64,000 bases of DNA from Vicugna vicugna (Eukaryota): assembly GCA_013265495.1 (NCBI GenBank), contig MU058636.1, positions 2,356,001-2,420,000 of the forward strand, in the 5' to 3' direction. The translations under genes and the position numbers were made by a program. The notes beneath the pieces were generated by a model. It was not told where the DNA came from, made no database searches, and saw nothing but the letters and a program-made list of their open reading frames with translations. This document shows positions 23,101 through 34,920 of this stretch, piece by piece (positions within the stretch are counted from its first letter, which is position 1; each line of letters begins with the position of its first letter).

Positions 23101-25322
23101 TAAGCTGTCCCCTCCATAGCAGAGTGCCGACCTTGAAAGCTGCCTGAAGAGAACAGGCCACAGTGGCCAATGTAACACTTCAAAACCAGTCACTTACAAG
23201 GGACTGAGGGAACAGTAAGGGGCTTCAAAAATCCCTTCCTCCACAATCGTCAACAGATGTCCTAGAATCCCTACGTCTCCCCCCTCAGCCAAGAGTTTCC
23301 TTCCACAGCTTCGCCAGTTTGAGAGGCCTTTTAGAGATTAATCTCATCGCCCAAGAGAAGTATGTAGGTGCATCTTATAGGCACAGGGCTCAGAAAACAT
23401 GAAGATTTGAAAAATAGGTTAGATAAATATTTAAATGAATATATATTACATATAGCTTAACCCCCAATGGGTTGAAAAATAAGACTTTCATCCAAATAGA
23501 CTTTCAAAATGTTAAATATAAGTGAAATTTCTCAGTTTGTTTACCCTGACATGCATAACACCATCTTGCATTGCAGTACGTATGTAAATGTGTGTACTTG
23601 TTTTGGCCAGAACCCATCCAGGAGAGCTGGGAATTGAGATGGAAGCTCAGAGAACAGAGAGCATTTGTTCTTGGGTTTAAAGGGGGGAGAATATTCTCTG
23701 AGAAGCTGAGCAGGGACAGGATCCAGGGAAGGGACCAGAAGGAAGTGGTCACTGTCCTAGGGGCACGGGTGAATGGGCCGCCGTGGCTGCCCCTGTTGTG
23801 GGTGGGGTGGTTTCTAGTTCCCCAGTCTGAGAAAAAGCCCCTGAAGCTCTCGAGCACCAACTTTAAGACAAAGGATCTAGGGGAGTATGTTTTCTTGATA
23901 TTAATCCAATGAAACAATAGTCAGTCAATTAAAAATTTGGCAAAAATTTTCAAAATGAGACCACTGCTCTGGGTGAGGGCAGGGAGGGGGGCTCTCAGCA
24001 GCTGGGTCAGGCTGGAGGAGGGACCAGTACTCATCATCTGCACATCACAGAGGTCACCAAGGTGGCTGGACCAAGGCCTGTCTCCCCTCACTGCAGAGGG
24101 CGAGGGCAGCCAACTTTTCCAGGCACTCGAGTCCTCTCCTCCTCTGTCCCTCCCACTGCTCTCAGGAGCCTGGTGCAGGAATGCACAGAATCAAATGAGA
24201 GACTGATGAGCCTCTGGAACCTTCTCACTCCCTGGGAATGACATACATGTGATAGGAAACATTCCTGAAGGAGGCAAAACCAAGAAGAGAGACCCTTGGC
24301 CCTTCTATCTTTATGACCTCTCTGTAGGCAGAACCATGACATCTGCATGGCTGCTCAGAAGTAGTCTGTTCTTTTCTCCATGGACGCAGGTGACTGAGAG
24401 CCCCTTAAACTCTCTTCATCTTTTGGGGAAGCAGCAGCAGCTGCTTTTTGGTATTTACCATCACAAAATATGCCCAAGGGGAAGAGTTCAAAGGTCATAA
24501 GTGTGGTTTGCCTATGAGGCATTGTTGGGGGGAAATGTCCCAGTGTGGACGCTCTCGCCTCTGCTTTGGTAGACTCTGTTAAAACCTGCCTAAGGGAACA
24601 GGGGACTGGTGATGTAGCTCCTGTTTTCAACAAAAGAAAAACTGGGGGACGAGGCAGGAAGGGAGAAGGAAAGGCTCTGTAATATCTGGCTGAACATTTT
24701 CCGTGCCCTCAGAGCAAAAATGAGAGCTGTCCACCCCCGCTTTCCTCACACAGCTGCTCCTCAGCACCTGGTCAAAGCTGATTTGATAACATCAAACGAT
24801 GGATGACAGATGCCACCCCCACCCCATGACAGGCCCTGGCGCCAGGGCCCAGTCTTCAGGGATAGGCTATTTTCCGAGGTCACTGAAAACTGGGTCACGC
24901 ATGGGCAGTGGAAGAGGGTGGGGAGGCAGCCGGCAAGGGAAAGGCAGGAACCATCTCACCCTGTCCCCATCCACCTAGTACTCACTCCAGCCTGCTCTGG
25001 TCCAACTTTCAGGCCTTTTGTGGGGGAAGGAGGAAGGAGATAGCCACAGAGGAGATGAGACTGGGCTGCGATCTTCTCAGAGAAAGGCGAAGAGCCAGTG
25101 TCACAGAAGAAGAAGGGGTTTTAAGTAGAAGAGGCAGATTAGAGGTGTCAGGAGGCTTCAGACAGAATGAGAACTGAACAAAGTCTCTTGGTTTGGGACT
25201 CGTGGGTTCTAACAGGGTGACTCAAGAGAGATACAGGTACGATGAGTGCCATGTCCTCTGTCATTTAAAACCCGTTGTACATTCCCTTCTCATTACATTT
25301 TAGGGATATTTAAATTTCTTAC

Positions 25323-25511
25323 CTCCTGAAACGCAAAAATCGGGCTGCTTTTGTTTTTTGCACACTCAGAAATATTGCTATCCGGTGCAATACTGTAGTT
25401 GCCTGTTTCCTCCCATATTCTCCGGTACACATATTGTGTTGTCAGTGGAGCAGCCAAAGACATGGCAAATGCACTGAGGCAAATGGCAGGCTCCACAAAT
25501 AAAATCTGCAT
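25323..25511 (-). CDS. SLC46A3: SLC46A3 exon 2 coding part (start codon); exon begins at ~25536
   Basis: MQILFVEPAICLSAFAMSLAAPLTTQYVYRRIWEETGNY...SPIFAFQE/gtaaga, 189 nt. The five exons sum to 1386 nt, i.e. 461 aa plus stop, with consistent phases. Confidence 0.97.
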
Positions 25512-26011
25512 GTTGCTTGGGTAGGTGGCTGGAATTCTATTAAAAACGAAAAGGGGAGAGAGAATCATTTACACTATTATCTGAGAGGCTAGATTTTCAC
25601 GATGAGGAAGTTGGAGGAATTTTGTGGCGTAAACAAGCAAACTAGGGAACAGAAAGCATTAAGCCCGTCCTAAGAACTTTTAGTTCGGAACAGAGAACTC
25701 AGGAAACCTGTGATGGTCATGCTTCCCATTTTAAAGACTGGGATCTTTTAGGACTCAAGCTGCCTTTAAGATGGCTCTTTAAAATAGTCTTAATAAGTTG
25801 TCTCCGATTTTGGCTGTGCAACGATCACACTACAACCCCCACATTGTAAACCCAGCCGGTTTTCATAAAGGAAACAGGGAGGTTACTCTGGGGACACGAC
25901 AACTGCGCAACTATTTGTTATTGTTATTTTGGGGCTTGTGAACCGTGAACAGGAAGGGGCCTTTAAATAACACCTCCCTATCGAAAGGGTTTATTTATTT
26001 ATTTAACTCAC

Positions 26012-26400
26012 CCCACGGTCACAGTCTTCCTGCCAGGCTAGGCGCGGGTCTGACCATTTTCGGGGCGCGGAGTCTCGGGGGCTGTCTCCCTTGAGGGGCT
26101 GCCCTGCGCCAGCGGCGCCTCGGGGCAGCAAGTGCTCCTGGAGGCTGGGGCTGCACCGCCGCGCTGGGACAGGGAGGGGAAATTCCGCTGAATTCGACCA
26201 AATAAATACCTAGAACGAGGAACTTCAAGCACTTAATTTAAAGCAAACCAAGGAAAGCGCACTTCCGCGTCCAGAGTGACAACGGCGGCGGTTCACGGCG
26301 CAGCACTGGCTCGGCTCCTGCTTGTCCCTGCGGCCTCGGCCCCGGTGAGCCCCGGCGGTGCCTGCGCGCGGGGCAGCTGCTCCCTGGGTCCGCGGCCCGG
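26012..26400 (-). other. SLC46A3: Probable non-coding exon 1 of SLC46A3 (TSS not determined)
   Basis: Donor GGG/gtgagt at 26012/26011 on the - strand, at the edge of the CpG island. Confidence 0.6.
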
Positions 26401-26700
26401 CCTGCGCTCCTCCGTGACTCAGCCCCCGCCAGCCGAGGATCCCTGCGGGTCCAGGAGGCGGGCCTCTGGGGTGCGGGTCCCCGGCCGCCTGGGTTGTCAC
26501 CATCCTCCCTGGCTCTCCTGTGATTGGGCCCTTTGCCGGCGCCTCCACGGGGATTGGTCCGCTCCAATGTCACTCTTGTGAACCCGCCCCCCCGGAGGCC
26601 CCTGCGGATCGGCGCGCAATCCAGGTCTAGTTCAAGGACTCTGCGGTTAGAGAGCGTTCCTGGGTCGGAATATCGTTTTTCACAGAAGTACACGGGAGAT
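26040..26700. promoter_or_regulatory. CpG-island promoter of SLC46A3
   Basis: High GC and CpG density. CCAAT boxes at 26523-26527, 26553-26557 and 26564-26568; GC box at ~26583; ETS CACTTCCG at ~26260; kB site at 26177-26186; AP-1/ARE at 26415-26423. Confidence 0.88.
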
Positions 26701-29700
26701 TTGTTGCAGAAGTAACGTTTTAGAGTGCAGCTCCCTGTAGCATGCCGGTGGGCTGAGCAGGTGCCCCGAGAAACGCAGAAGACGGGGACAGGGTGGGGAG
26801 GCCCATGGAAGGTGCCGGAGAGAGAGTGCTCTTGACAGAGTTCGCCGCGGTCTGGACTGGTCACTGGCTCTTCCTGTTGGTGTAAACGTGGGCAAATTAT
26901 TTCGTCCCTATGAACCTCCGTTTATCTGTCAAGTAGGAGTAACAATCTTACAGGATTGCTGTAATGAAACACTCGAGATGCACATACAGCCGTAGCCCTG
27001 GAGCAAAGGTGGGATACATGCTCTCCAGGGAGTCCACCGGCAACACACCTGAAGATGAACAGCTGGGTTTGCTACTTCTTGTAACGAAGAGGAATGCATA
27101 CATGGGAAAACAGGGATCAAAAGCTGTATTTTCCGGGGCAGGGGTCTCCAGGAGGATTTTGAAATTTTATGTTTTCAGTTTAATGACTTACAAATTGTAA
27201 CATAAGCCTGTTCTGAATTGTCTTATAGTCAAATACTGACACTTGTGTTTGTATTTCTGTTTATGATCATATTGGCTCCAAGTAGAAGTACTTTACAAAA
27301 TGTCAGGATAAAGAGAAAAGAAGTGGACTAAATACATAAATGCCCAAGCTAAATGAAGACCAAAGGATGTCACATCATGCTTCAAAATGTTTTCGTAGTA
27401 GTTCTGTAAAAAGTGGGGGAGAATTGAGTCATCACCAGACACTTGAATAGACATACTCATCTCAAAAGAATGTGTCCTGTATTGGGCAGTGCCATATTCA
27501 AGTGGCAAAACCAAAACAGAATAGAGTAGCTGCTAGATTTTGTTAGTTTCAAGAAGAAAAGTGGCTTTTAAGCTTCTGATACTATCAGCAAAGTAGGATG
27601 TCATGAAAAGACCTTAGTTATACTAAGCAATGACTGTTTAGTAGGTGATTGTCCATACTGTGCTCAGACGAGTTTAATTGTACAACTCCAAGCACAAATT
27701 GTTGAAACAGAATGCAATCTGATCATATGACCTTGGTCAAAAATATTCCAAAACAGACCTGGATAGGTCTTATCTAGCTGAGAAATTCATAACCTGACTT
27801 CAACCCTTGTCTTTTTTGACCTCTGCTGCCTTGGATTGTATTGAACAAATTCATCCTTCTTGAAATGTTCCCTCCCTTTGGGTTCCATGACACAACTCGA
27901 TCTTTCTGTTACCCTGAGAGCTCCTCAGTTTCCTCTGTGAGCTTGCTTCTCCAGTGGTCCTGTTCCTCAGGTTCCTTCTCAGCCCCCTCCTCTCCCCAGT
28001 CAGTCACATCCATGCTTGTGACCAACGACCACTAGTATACCCATCACTCCCAAATCGAAAGCTCTTGTGCTTCTCTTGAACTTGACACACAGAACTTCCC
28101 CATGAGTGTTTTACAAAACCACTACATCATTTTAAATGTCCGGAACATATACCAGTTCCCTCCAGAAATCCCCATTTCAACCAATGACATCACCTGTCCA
28201 ATCAGCAAAGTCAGAGACCTGGGAATCATACCTGGCTTTTAGACTGCCAAATGCTGTAGCTTTTATGTCATGAATATAATTGATATTATTTATACCTCTT
28301 TTAGGTGTGTGGCTCTAAGGCAAGTGGGCCTCCGGACCTAGAGCAGTTGAGCTGAATAGCTCTTTGTCAGCTTGGCTAAGGTTGGGGGCTTTGTCTTATC
28401 ATCAGCCCACTAGTGAATATAAAGTTTGGAGAGGAGGTGGGCAAATACGCAAAGAGACCAAGGATTTCCCTGGTAAATCAGAAATCCTGACACTTTCCCT
28501 ATGGGATTTCAAGTCATTCTAACACTTCTGAGGTATTGGGATGGTCCTAAGTAAGATAAGTGGTCAGAAATGTACAAAATGGCCCTCAAGAAGAACATCT
28601 CCGTGATGGTGGTGATGGTGGTGGTGTTGATGGAGTGAGAGAGCTAGGCTGGTACAACAGGCCCAGCCTCAGGGCCTCTCTTGTCTTAGGGGAAGGTCAG
28701 TCAGGAACAGAGTAACGATGCTGCACCCTGTCCTGATCCACCTCCTTGGACCTTGAGGTTCCTTAAGAGAAATAGATTATCTGTAAATAAAAGTATCTGT
28801 CAGTAGAGTTGCACTGGGAACCCAGTCTCCTGTGGCGTGGAATAGCCATTGCTACCCTGGGTTACCCCCCTGGTCTGTGCAGCACTGTCTCAGTGGGGAG
28901 GCCTTCAGCCCTGGGACCCAAGAGCCAGACTTCCTGTTTTCTGCATCAGCCTCACCAGAGCAGAAGTTGGAACCTAGGCAGTCACATCAGACTCCTCAAT
29001 TTCTTTTCTGCGCAGCAGAAATGTTAAACAAAACCGACTCATTTGGATGACGTAAGCCCTTTGAGGGTGTCTTATTGTCTAAGGAAAGGAGAGCTCAGAG
29101 AATGGTGAGTGGACGTCTCACAGTCAGGATGGAAGCTCAAACCTGATTTGTGTAGTCACTTAAATGTGGCTTCATTTCCACCACAGCGGGTGAAATAAGA
29201 TATATGTGAAGCTCCTAGAACGGGGTCTGACACTTGGTGGGTATTCAGGAATCTTTGTATATGAAGCTAAATCTTGCTTAATCAGACACACATACTACTG
29301 TGTTTGAGAAGTAATGGAGAAGAACCTGGCCTCTGCTTCAAACTGGCATTTCCTTTTGTGATCCCACAGAGCAACTTTCCTCTCTAGAGGAGTCAGCCCC
29401 ATTTTTACTGGGGTTGGGTGTGGGAGTAGGGACAGATTTAAAATCAGCAAAATAAGTTAAATTCATGCACGCATGACTCCATAATATAGACCATGTTTAG
29501 AGGATCAGTCCTCCTTCTCCCATCTCCATCTCCTTTGAAAGGCCATTATACCATATTTTTGACAGAATAATTACATGGAACATTTTTCATGCTACGACAA
29601 TAAGTTTTTAAAAAAGAAATAAAAAGTATATAGTATATCCCAATTTTGTTAAAAATAAGTATACATATGAATGTATAAAAAATCCCAGAATGGAATATAT

Positions 29701-30949
29701 CAAACTTTAACAGCAGTTATCTCTGAGTGGTGGGATTACTAACAATTATTATTTGTGTATTAAATACCGTAGACTACAATTTTCTGTATTCCCCATGTTT
29801 TCAACAATGAACATGTAGTAATTTATAATCAGAACAGTTTTTTTAAAAAGAAATGAGAGAAGGAAATGATGACATAATTACTTGTAAAGTCATTCATACT
29901 TGCTACAAAGCTATACAGGAAAAACCCCAAAGGTTGGTTCTTTTCCAAGTAGTTCTACAAGCTTTAAAGTTGAATCAGCAACCACATGGCAAACTGACAT
30001 TCTTGGACTATCACAGGTGGCCCAAGATAAGACAGGATGGACCCCAACTACTAACGGGCAATCAAAGAGTCCTTCATCTAGAAAAGTTGCTTAAGAATGG
30101 AGAAATCACTGTTCTGCAGGGGGAGCCTGGGGGAACTCTGGGGCTGCCTGGATCAACCTATTTAGAACCAGATTCACAAAACAGGGAAACTCATAAGCAT
30201 AGAAACCCTCTATCCAGGCTCCTAACTTTTTACTCATAAGAAAACTGAAACCAAAGTGAATAATTGCGTCATTCCTCACGGAACACAGTTGTCATTTCAT
30301 AGCCCTGTGCTCACAGAGGTACGGGAAGAATCCTCCTTGGAATCTAGGCCCTGCTGCCTCCCATCTTTCCTCCTTCGTTTTCCTAACAAAGTGAATGGGG
30401 TTTTTAAGGAGGACTTTAAGAAGGCAGCTCAGATGTTTAAGAAGCAGTTTTTAAAAAGAAGCTGCAGTCTCTGCCCTGGGAAGGTGAAAGGTGCTCTCTC
30501 TCCGTCCTGATAGCTTCTCCCGTGGTTACTCAGTTTTTACTACCATGTCCTTCAGGCCACTGCGCTGTCCAAGGTCATGAAAACAGAGCGGTCATGTCAC
30601 CTTTTCTGTGACACTGATGGGGAGCCCTGCCCTTGGGTATTTTTACATGAAAGGAGAGCTAACTTGTCCTGACAGCACTCACACCAGTCCTGGCCAGCTG
30701 TTACTGTTCATTTCATTTCTTGTGCAAGTCTGATCATAGACTTCCAATATGCAGAAAACTTTCAAGTTGAGGAAAACGGAGCAGGGCAAGAGACTTACCC
30801 CTGATGCTGAGAATCGCAAGGGAAGAGGGAATAGGGGAAAAGGAAGATGGAAACAGAGGAGAGAGTCTGCTTCTTTCCCCACACTCCCTTGGGTAGATCA
30901 AAGGGTAAATCCAGTCGTTGCCTCCTGACCAGTGGCGCCTGTGATAAGC

Positions 30950-31345
30950 AGAATAACACATGCTGAAGAGGCCCATGTCCTCGTCACCGGCCCCTGAGAA
31001 TAGCTCCCCTTACGCGGCTGCAGGGACCTTTCTGGTGTGTGGATTTTCTGGTGGACCTGATGCCTTCGCAAGGGTCCTTGTAAGTCAGAGAGGGAGGCAG
31101 GAGAGTAATGATCAGAGAAAGAGTTGAAGATGCTCCGTTTCTTGCTTTGCATACAGAGGAAGGATCCATGAACAAGGAATGCAGGTGACGTCCAGAAACT
31201 GGAAAAGGCAAGGGAACAGATTCTTCCCCTAAAGCTTTCAGAAGGAGTGCAGCCCTGCTAGCACCTTGATTTTAGCCCAGCGAGACCCATTTCAGACTTC
31301 TGACCTCTAGAGTTTAAGAGAATAAATTTGGGTTGTTTCTAAAAA
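30950..31345 (+). mobile_element. MLT1 (MaLR) solo LTR
   Basis: Typical ...GGAAAAGGCAAGGGAACAGATTCT...CAGCCCTGC...CCTTGATTTTAGCCCAG...GACTTCTGACCTC...AATAAATTT sequence. Boundaries approximate. Confidence 0.75.
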
Positions 31346-31579
31346 TAGAAAAAAACACTTTCAGGTGATCAGAATGGGTAATCTTGTGAGTATTCAGAAC
31401 AAAAACTAAGCAGAACTATTAACCACTTTTTTGTTTGTTTGCTTTTAATTTTCCTTCCCTAAATATCTGCTGTCCTACTGTGTTCCCTGCCTCGTGTTTA
31501 CTCGTCACTCCTGCCAGACCCCAGTTTCATCCTGGGCTCCTCCCTCTAGTGCATTCCCTCCACAAGGGATCATTCAGAC

Positions 31580-32765
31580 CTGACTGTTGTGCTTTATTCA
31601 TTCAGCAGAAACGTGTTGAGGGACTGGTTTCAGCTCCAAAGCGTAAAGAGCTTGGAAGCCAACACTCTCATCCTTAGAGCAAAAAAGCTGAAGGAGCTGA
31701 AAATCAGTGTATTTTTATCTTGTGCTCATCAGAAACTGAGGTCACAGGCACAGCTCCATCCCGTGACCTGGAGAGACAGGCAAATGCATAGAGTCACAGC
31801 CAAGACCTCGTTAACTGGACAGAAGGCGCTGGAGCCATATGCCGGCAGGAGCACTTCGTGGCAATTTTGGTAAACTGCTGGAGGCTGAGTGTGGAGTGGC
31901 CTGGGAGTAGGAAACTCCCGGGGCCCGTCGTCTGAGCGTCTGAGCTGGGAGGGCTCCATGCTTTTTTTCTGGAAGAGGAAGGGGAATATTTTGAAATATG
32001 CTTAGAGCATCGTTGCAACAAAGCCCTACGCTCTCCGGGAAAAGACACGTCCCACCCGGGGAAGGGTGTGTCCCCGACTCCAGCCCCCTCTAGCCTTCCT
32101 GTCTCACCTAAGGGAGGGGAAACTAAGCCAATAAATACCTCCACAGGTCACAGCCCAGGGACGCGGGCCCACTGAGAGACTGATGTTTAATAATGAGATT
32201 ATATAAGAATGCTTCCCTTCCCCCGGACCTTGCCACCTGCAACAGAGTTCCAGGATTACAGCTGAAAGAGCCCAAAGGCACAGACTCTGTTTATTTTGAA
32301 GCCTCTGGCACCTGCAGCCACAGCAGAAATTAAACACAGCCTAAAACCCCAGCCAGATCAACATAAAAGCTCAGGCTAAAGGCCTGTTTACCTCAATTCC
32401 TATTACCTGACACGTCCTGTCCAACTTTCAACAAAAAATTGCCAAACGTTCTAAAAGGCAAGCAAAAGCACAAGCTGTAGAGCGTCAGAGCCCGACTCTG
32501 CAGGTACGGCAGAGAGTCGGGCCTTACTGCACAGGCCATTGAAAATAGCTGTGACGCCTATTTTAAGAGCTGTTTCGGAAAAAACGCAGACAACTTGCAA
32601 GAACAGATGGGTAAGGGAAGCAGCAAGATGGGAACTTTAAGAAAGCATCAAAAGGAGATACTAGAAATCAGAGACACTGTGACGGAAATGAAAATGCCTT
32701 AGTGGGCTCAGCAGCACACTGGACACAGCCAAGGAGAGAACCAGTGTGCTTGAAGGCAGATCAGA
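31580..32765 (+). mobile_element. Old LINE-1 5' region / ORF1 fragment
   Basis: The 3' part translates to an ORF1 coiled-coil-like peptide, QKEILEIRDTVTEMK...LDTAKER. Boundaries approximate. Confidence 0.65.
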
Positions 32766-32774
32766 ATGGACCGA

Positions 32775-33081
32775 GTGAAACAGACGCACGGACATGGAAA
32801 ACAAACTGGTTACCGGGGGTGGGGGGGGAGGCGGGGAAGGGATAGATTAGGAGTTTGAGATTAACAGATACACTGCTGTACACAAAACAGATGAACAGCA
32901 AGGACCTTCTGTAGAGCACAGGGAACTATATTCAGTTCCTTGTGATGAGCTGTCATGGAAAAGAATCTGATAAAATATATATATATGTGTGTGTGTGTAT
33001 AACTGAATCACTTTGCTGCACTCCTGAAACTAACATTGTAAATGGACTGCACTTCAATAAAAAATAAGAATGAAAAAAAAA
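32775..33081 (+). mobile_element. Cetartiodactyl-type LINE-1 3' end
   Basis: GAAAACAAACT...GGGAACTATATTCA...AACTGAATCACTTTGCTG...ACTTCAATAAAAA followed by an A tail. Confidence 0.8.
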
Positions 33082-33783
33082 GAGCTGAGTGCCTCTGTGC
33101 GCCAGACACCGTGTTGGGTGCCAGCGAACAAACAGGCCGGACTCTGCTCCCTCCTGGAGTTGCCTCACGGACCGCCGAGCGGAGGATCCATCTTGAGCTG
33201 CCTCTGTCCTGTCCTTCCCATCTGCCCTGTTTGCGCCAGCCCAGTCCTGGCCTCTGCCTTTTCGAAATCTCCCAGATTACTCCTTACACTTTCACATCTG
33301 CTCTTCTTACCTTTCAGTCCTGCCCCACTCTAATTAATTATTTGCCCTCTGTTAGAAAAACCAACGTCTTTTAGAAAACTGGCTGCTTTCTCTCTGGTGG
33401 TCACATGTTGCTGTTGGATAAAGTCCAGATTCCTAAGTGAGACGTCCATCACTGACCTCTGCCTGCCTCTGTAGCTTCAACTTTTACCACTCCCTACCTA
33501 GATTTTATGTAGACGCACTGAACTCTGGTTCAGTGACTTAGTGTCCTGATCTGCTAAGTTCCCTCCTCTTAATGGAATGTCCCTCCCCTTCCCTTTCCTG
33601 CCCTGCCTAGCCATCCAGTTTATCTCTCAAGACACAATTCAGGGAGCAGTGGCCCCAGGAAGCCATCCATCCTCTCCCAGCCTATCAGTTAGGTGCCTTC
33701 TCTGTCTGTCGTAACAATTACTGCTCTGTGTCCTAATCCTGTTTTCTTGACTGTTCTGCCCTGGACGAGGCTGTGGGTTTTTT

Positions 33784-33951
33784 TGTGTGTGGGGGAGTAA
33801 TTGTTTGTTTGTTTTAAATTTTGGGGGGGAGGTAATTGTTTGTTTGTTTATAATGGTATTTATTTATTTTTAATGGCAGTGTTGGGGATTGAACCCAGGG
33901 CCTCATGCATGCTAAGCATGTACTCTACCACTGAACTGTACCCTCCCCCCT
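33784..33951 (-). mobile_element. Vic-1-like SINE with TSD
   Basis: Reverse tRNA-like head GGGGATTGAACCCAGGGCC...CTACCACTGAACTGTACCC. TSD AGGCTGTGGGTTTTTT at 33768-33783 and 33952-33967. Confidence 0.88.
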
Positions 33952-34589
33952 AGGCTGTGGGTTTTTTAAGGTAGGGGCCATGTCTTAATAGACCATGTAT
34001 TCCAAGCACCTAGTACTTTGTCTGGCATCTAAACGCAACCAGTGAATGTTCAATGGATGAATGAATGAACAGATGCACGAATGCAGAAGGCTCTCAGGAG
34101 GAAAGGGGTAAATACGAGAAACCATCTACAACAGGCATTTAGGTTCAAAACCAATCTCCGAGGTGCATTAGTGCTTGTTCTTGGTTACAAACAAGAGAAA
34201 TCGACCCTGGTCCACTTAAGCAGAGCAGGAGTTTTCTGGGAGGGTATGAGGTAGCTCACAGAATCAACAGAGTCTGCAGTCATAGAGAAGACATCGCAAA
34301 GAGCCCGCCACGGCAATGGCCCGTGGAGACATGTGCTGGCACCTCTGTCCTCGGGCACTCCTGGCGGGCCTTCTCCCCTGCCACAGCCACCGTGAGACTC
34401 TCCAGTCATTGACCCATTCCCTCTTCAAGATTCAGAGTCTCAGAGGAAGACTGTGACTCGCCACGCTTGGCTGAGGTGTCCGTGGTGTCGTTGCTGGGGG
34501 TGGGAAAAGGGCACGGCTTCCCTCCAGCTTCCCCAACAGGAGTGGTGTTCACGTGCTCAGTAGCCACGGTGGCAAGCCTGAAGACCTTC

Positions 34590-34920
34590 TGTCGGTGTCC
34601 CGGGGCTGCCGTATCAGAGTGCAGCAGACTGGGGGACTGGGAACGCGGGGGTGTATCCCCTCAGGGCTCGGCAGTCGTGGTGGGGGCAGGGCTGTCCCTT
34701 CCGCAGAGTGCCTTTCTGCCTTCTCGCGTGTCCTCACGTGGCCCTTTCTCGAACCACCATCCCTGCTGTCTCTTCCTCCTCTTATCGGGACACCAGTCAC
34801 TGGATGAGGGGCTCACTCTTATGACCCCATTTAACCTTAATTACCCCTGCAGAGGTCATATTCTAAGGTTCTAGGGGTTAGGGCTTCAACATATGAACTG
34901 AGGGGGGAATGCAACACCCT
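34590..34920 (-). mobile_element. MLT1 (MaLR) LTR remnant
   Basis: ...ATGACCCCATTTAACCTTAATTACC...GGGGTTAGGGCTTCAACATATGAA. Confidence 0.65.

Noticed and set aside
26019..26895. Several overlapping Pro/Arg/Gly-rich ORFs (also 43887-44537 and 57456-57941)
   Set aside because: Stop-poor GC-rich sequence; no coding evidence.
29853..30239. 128-aa ATG ORF upstream of SLC46A3
   Set aside because: No recognisable domain, exon structure or processed-pseudogene hallmarks. A BLASTP/TBLASTN hit would be needed.
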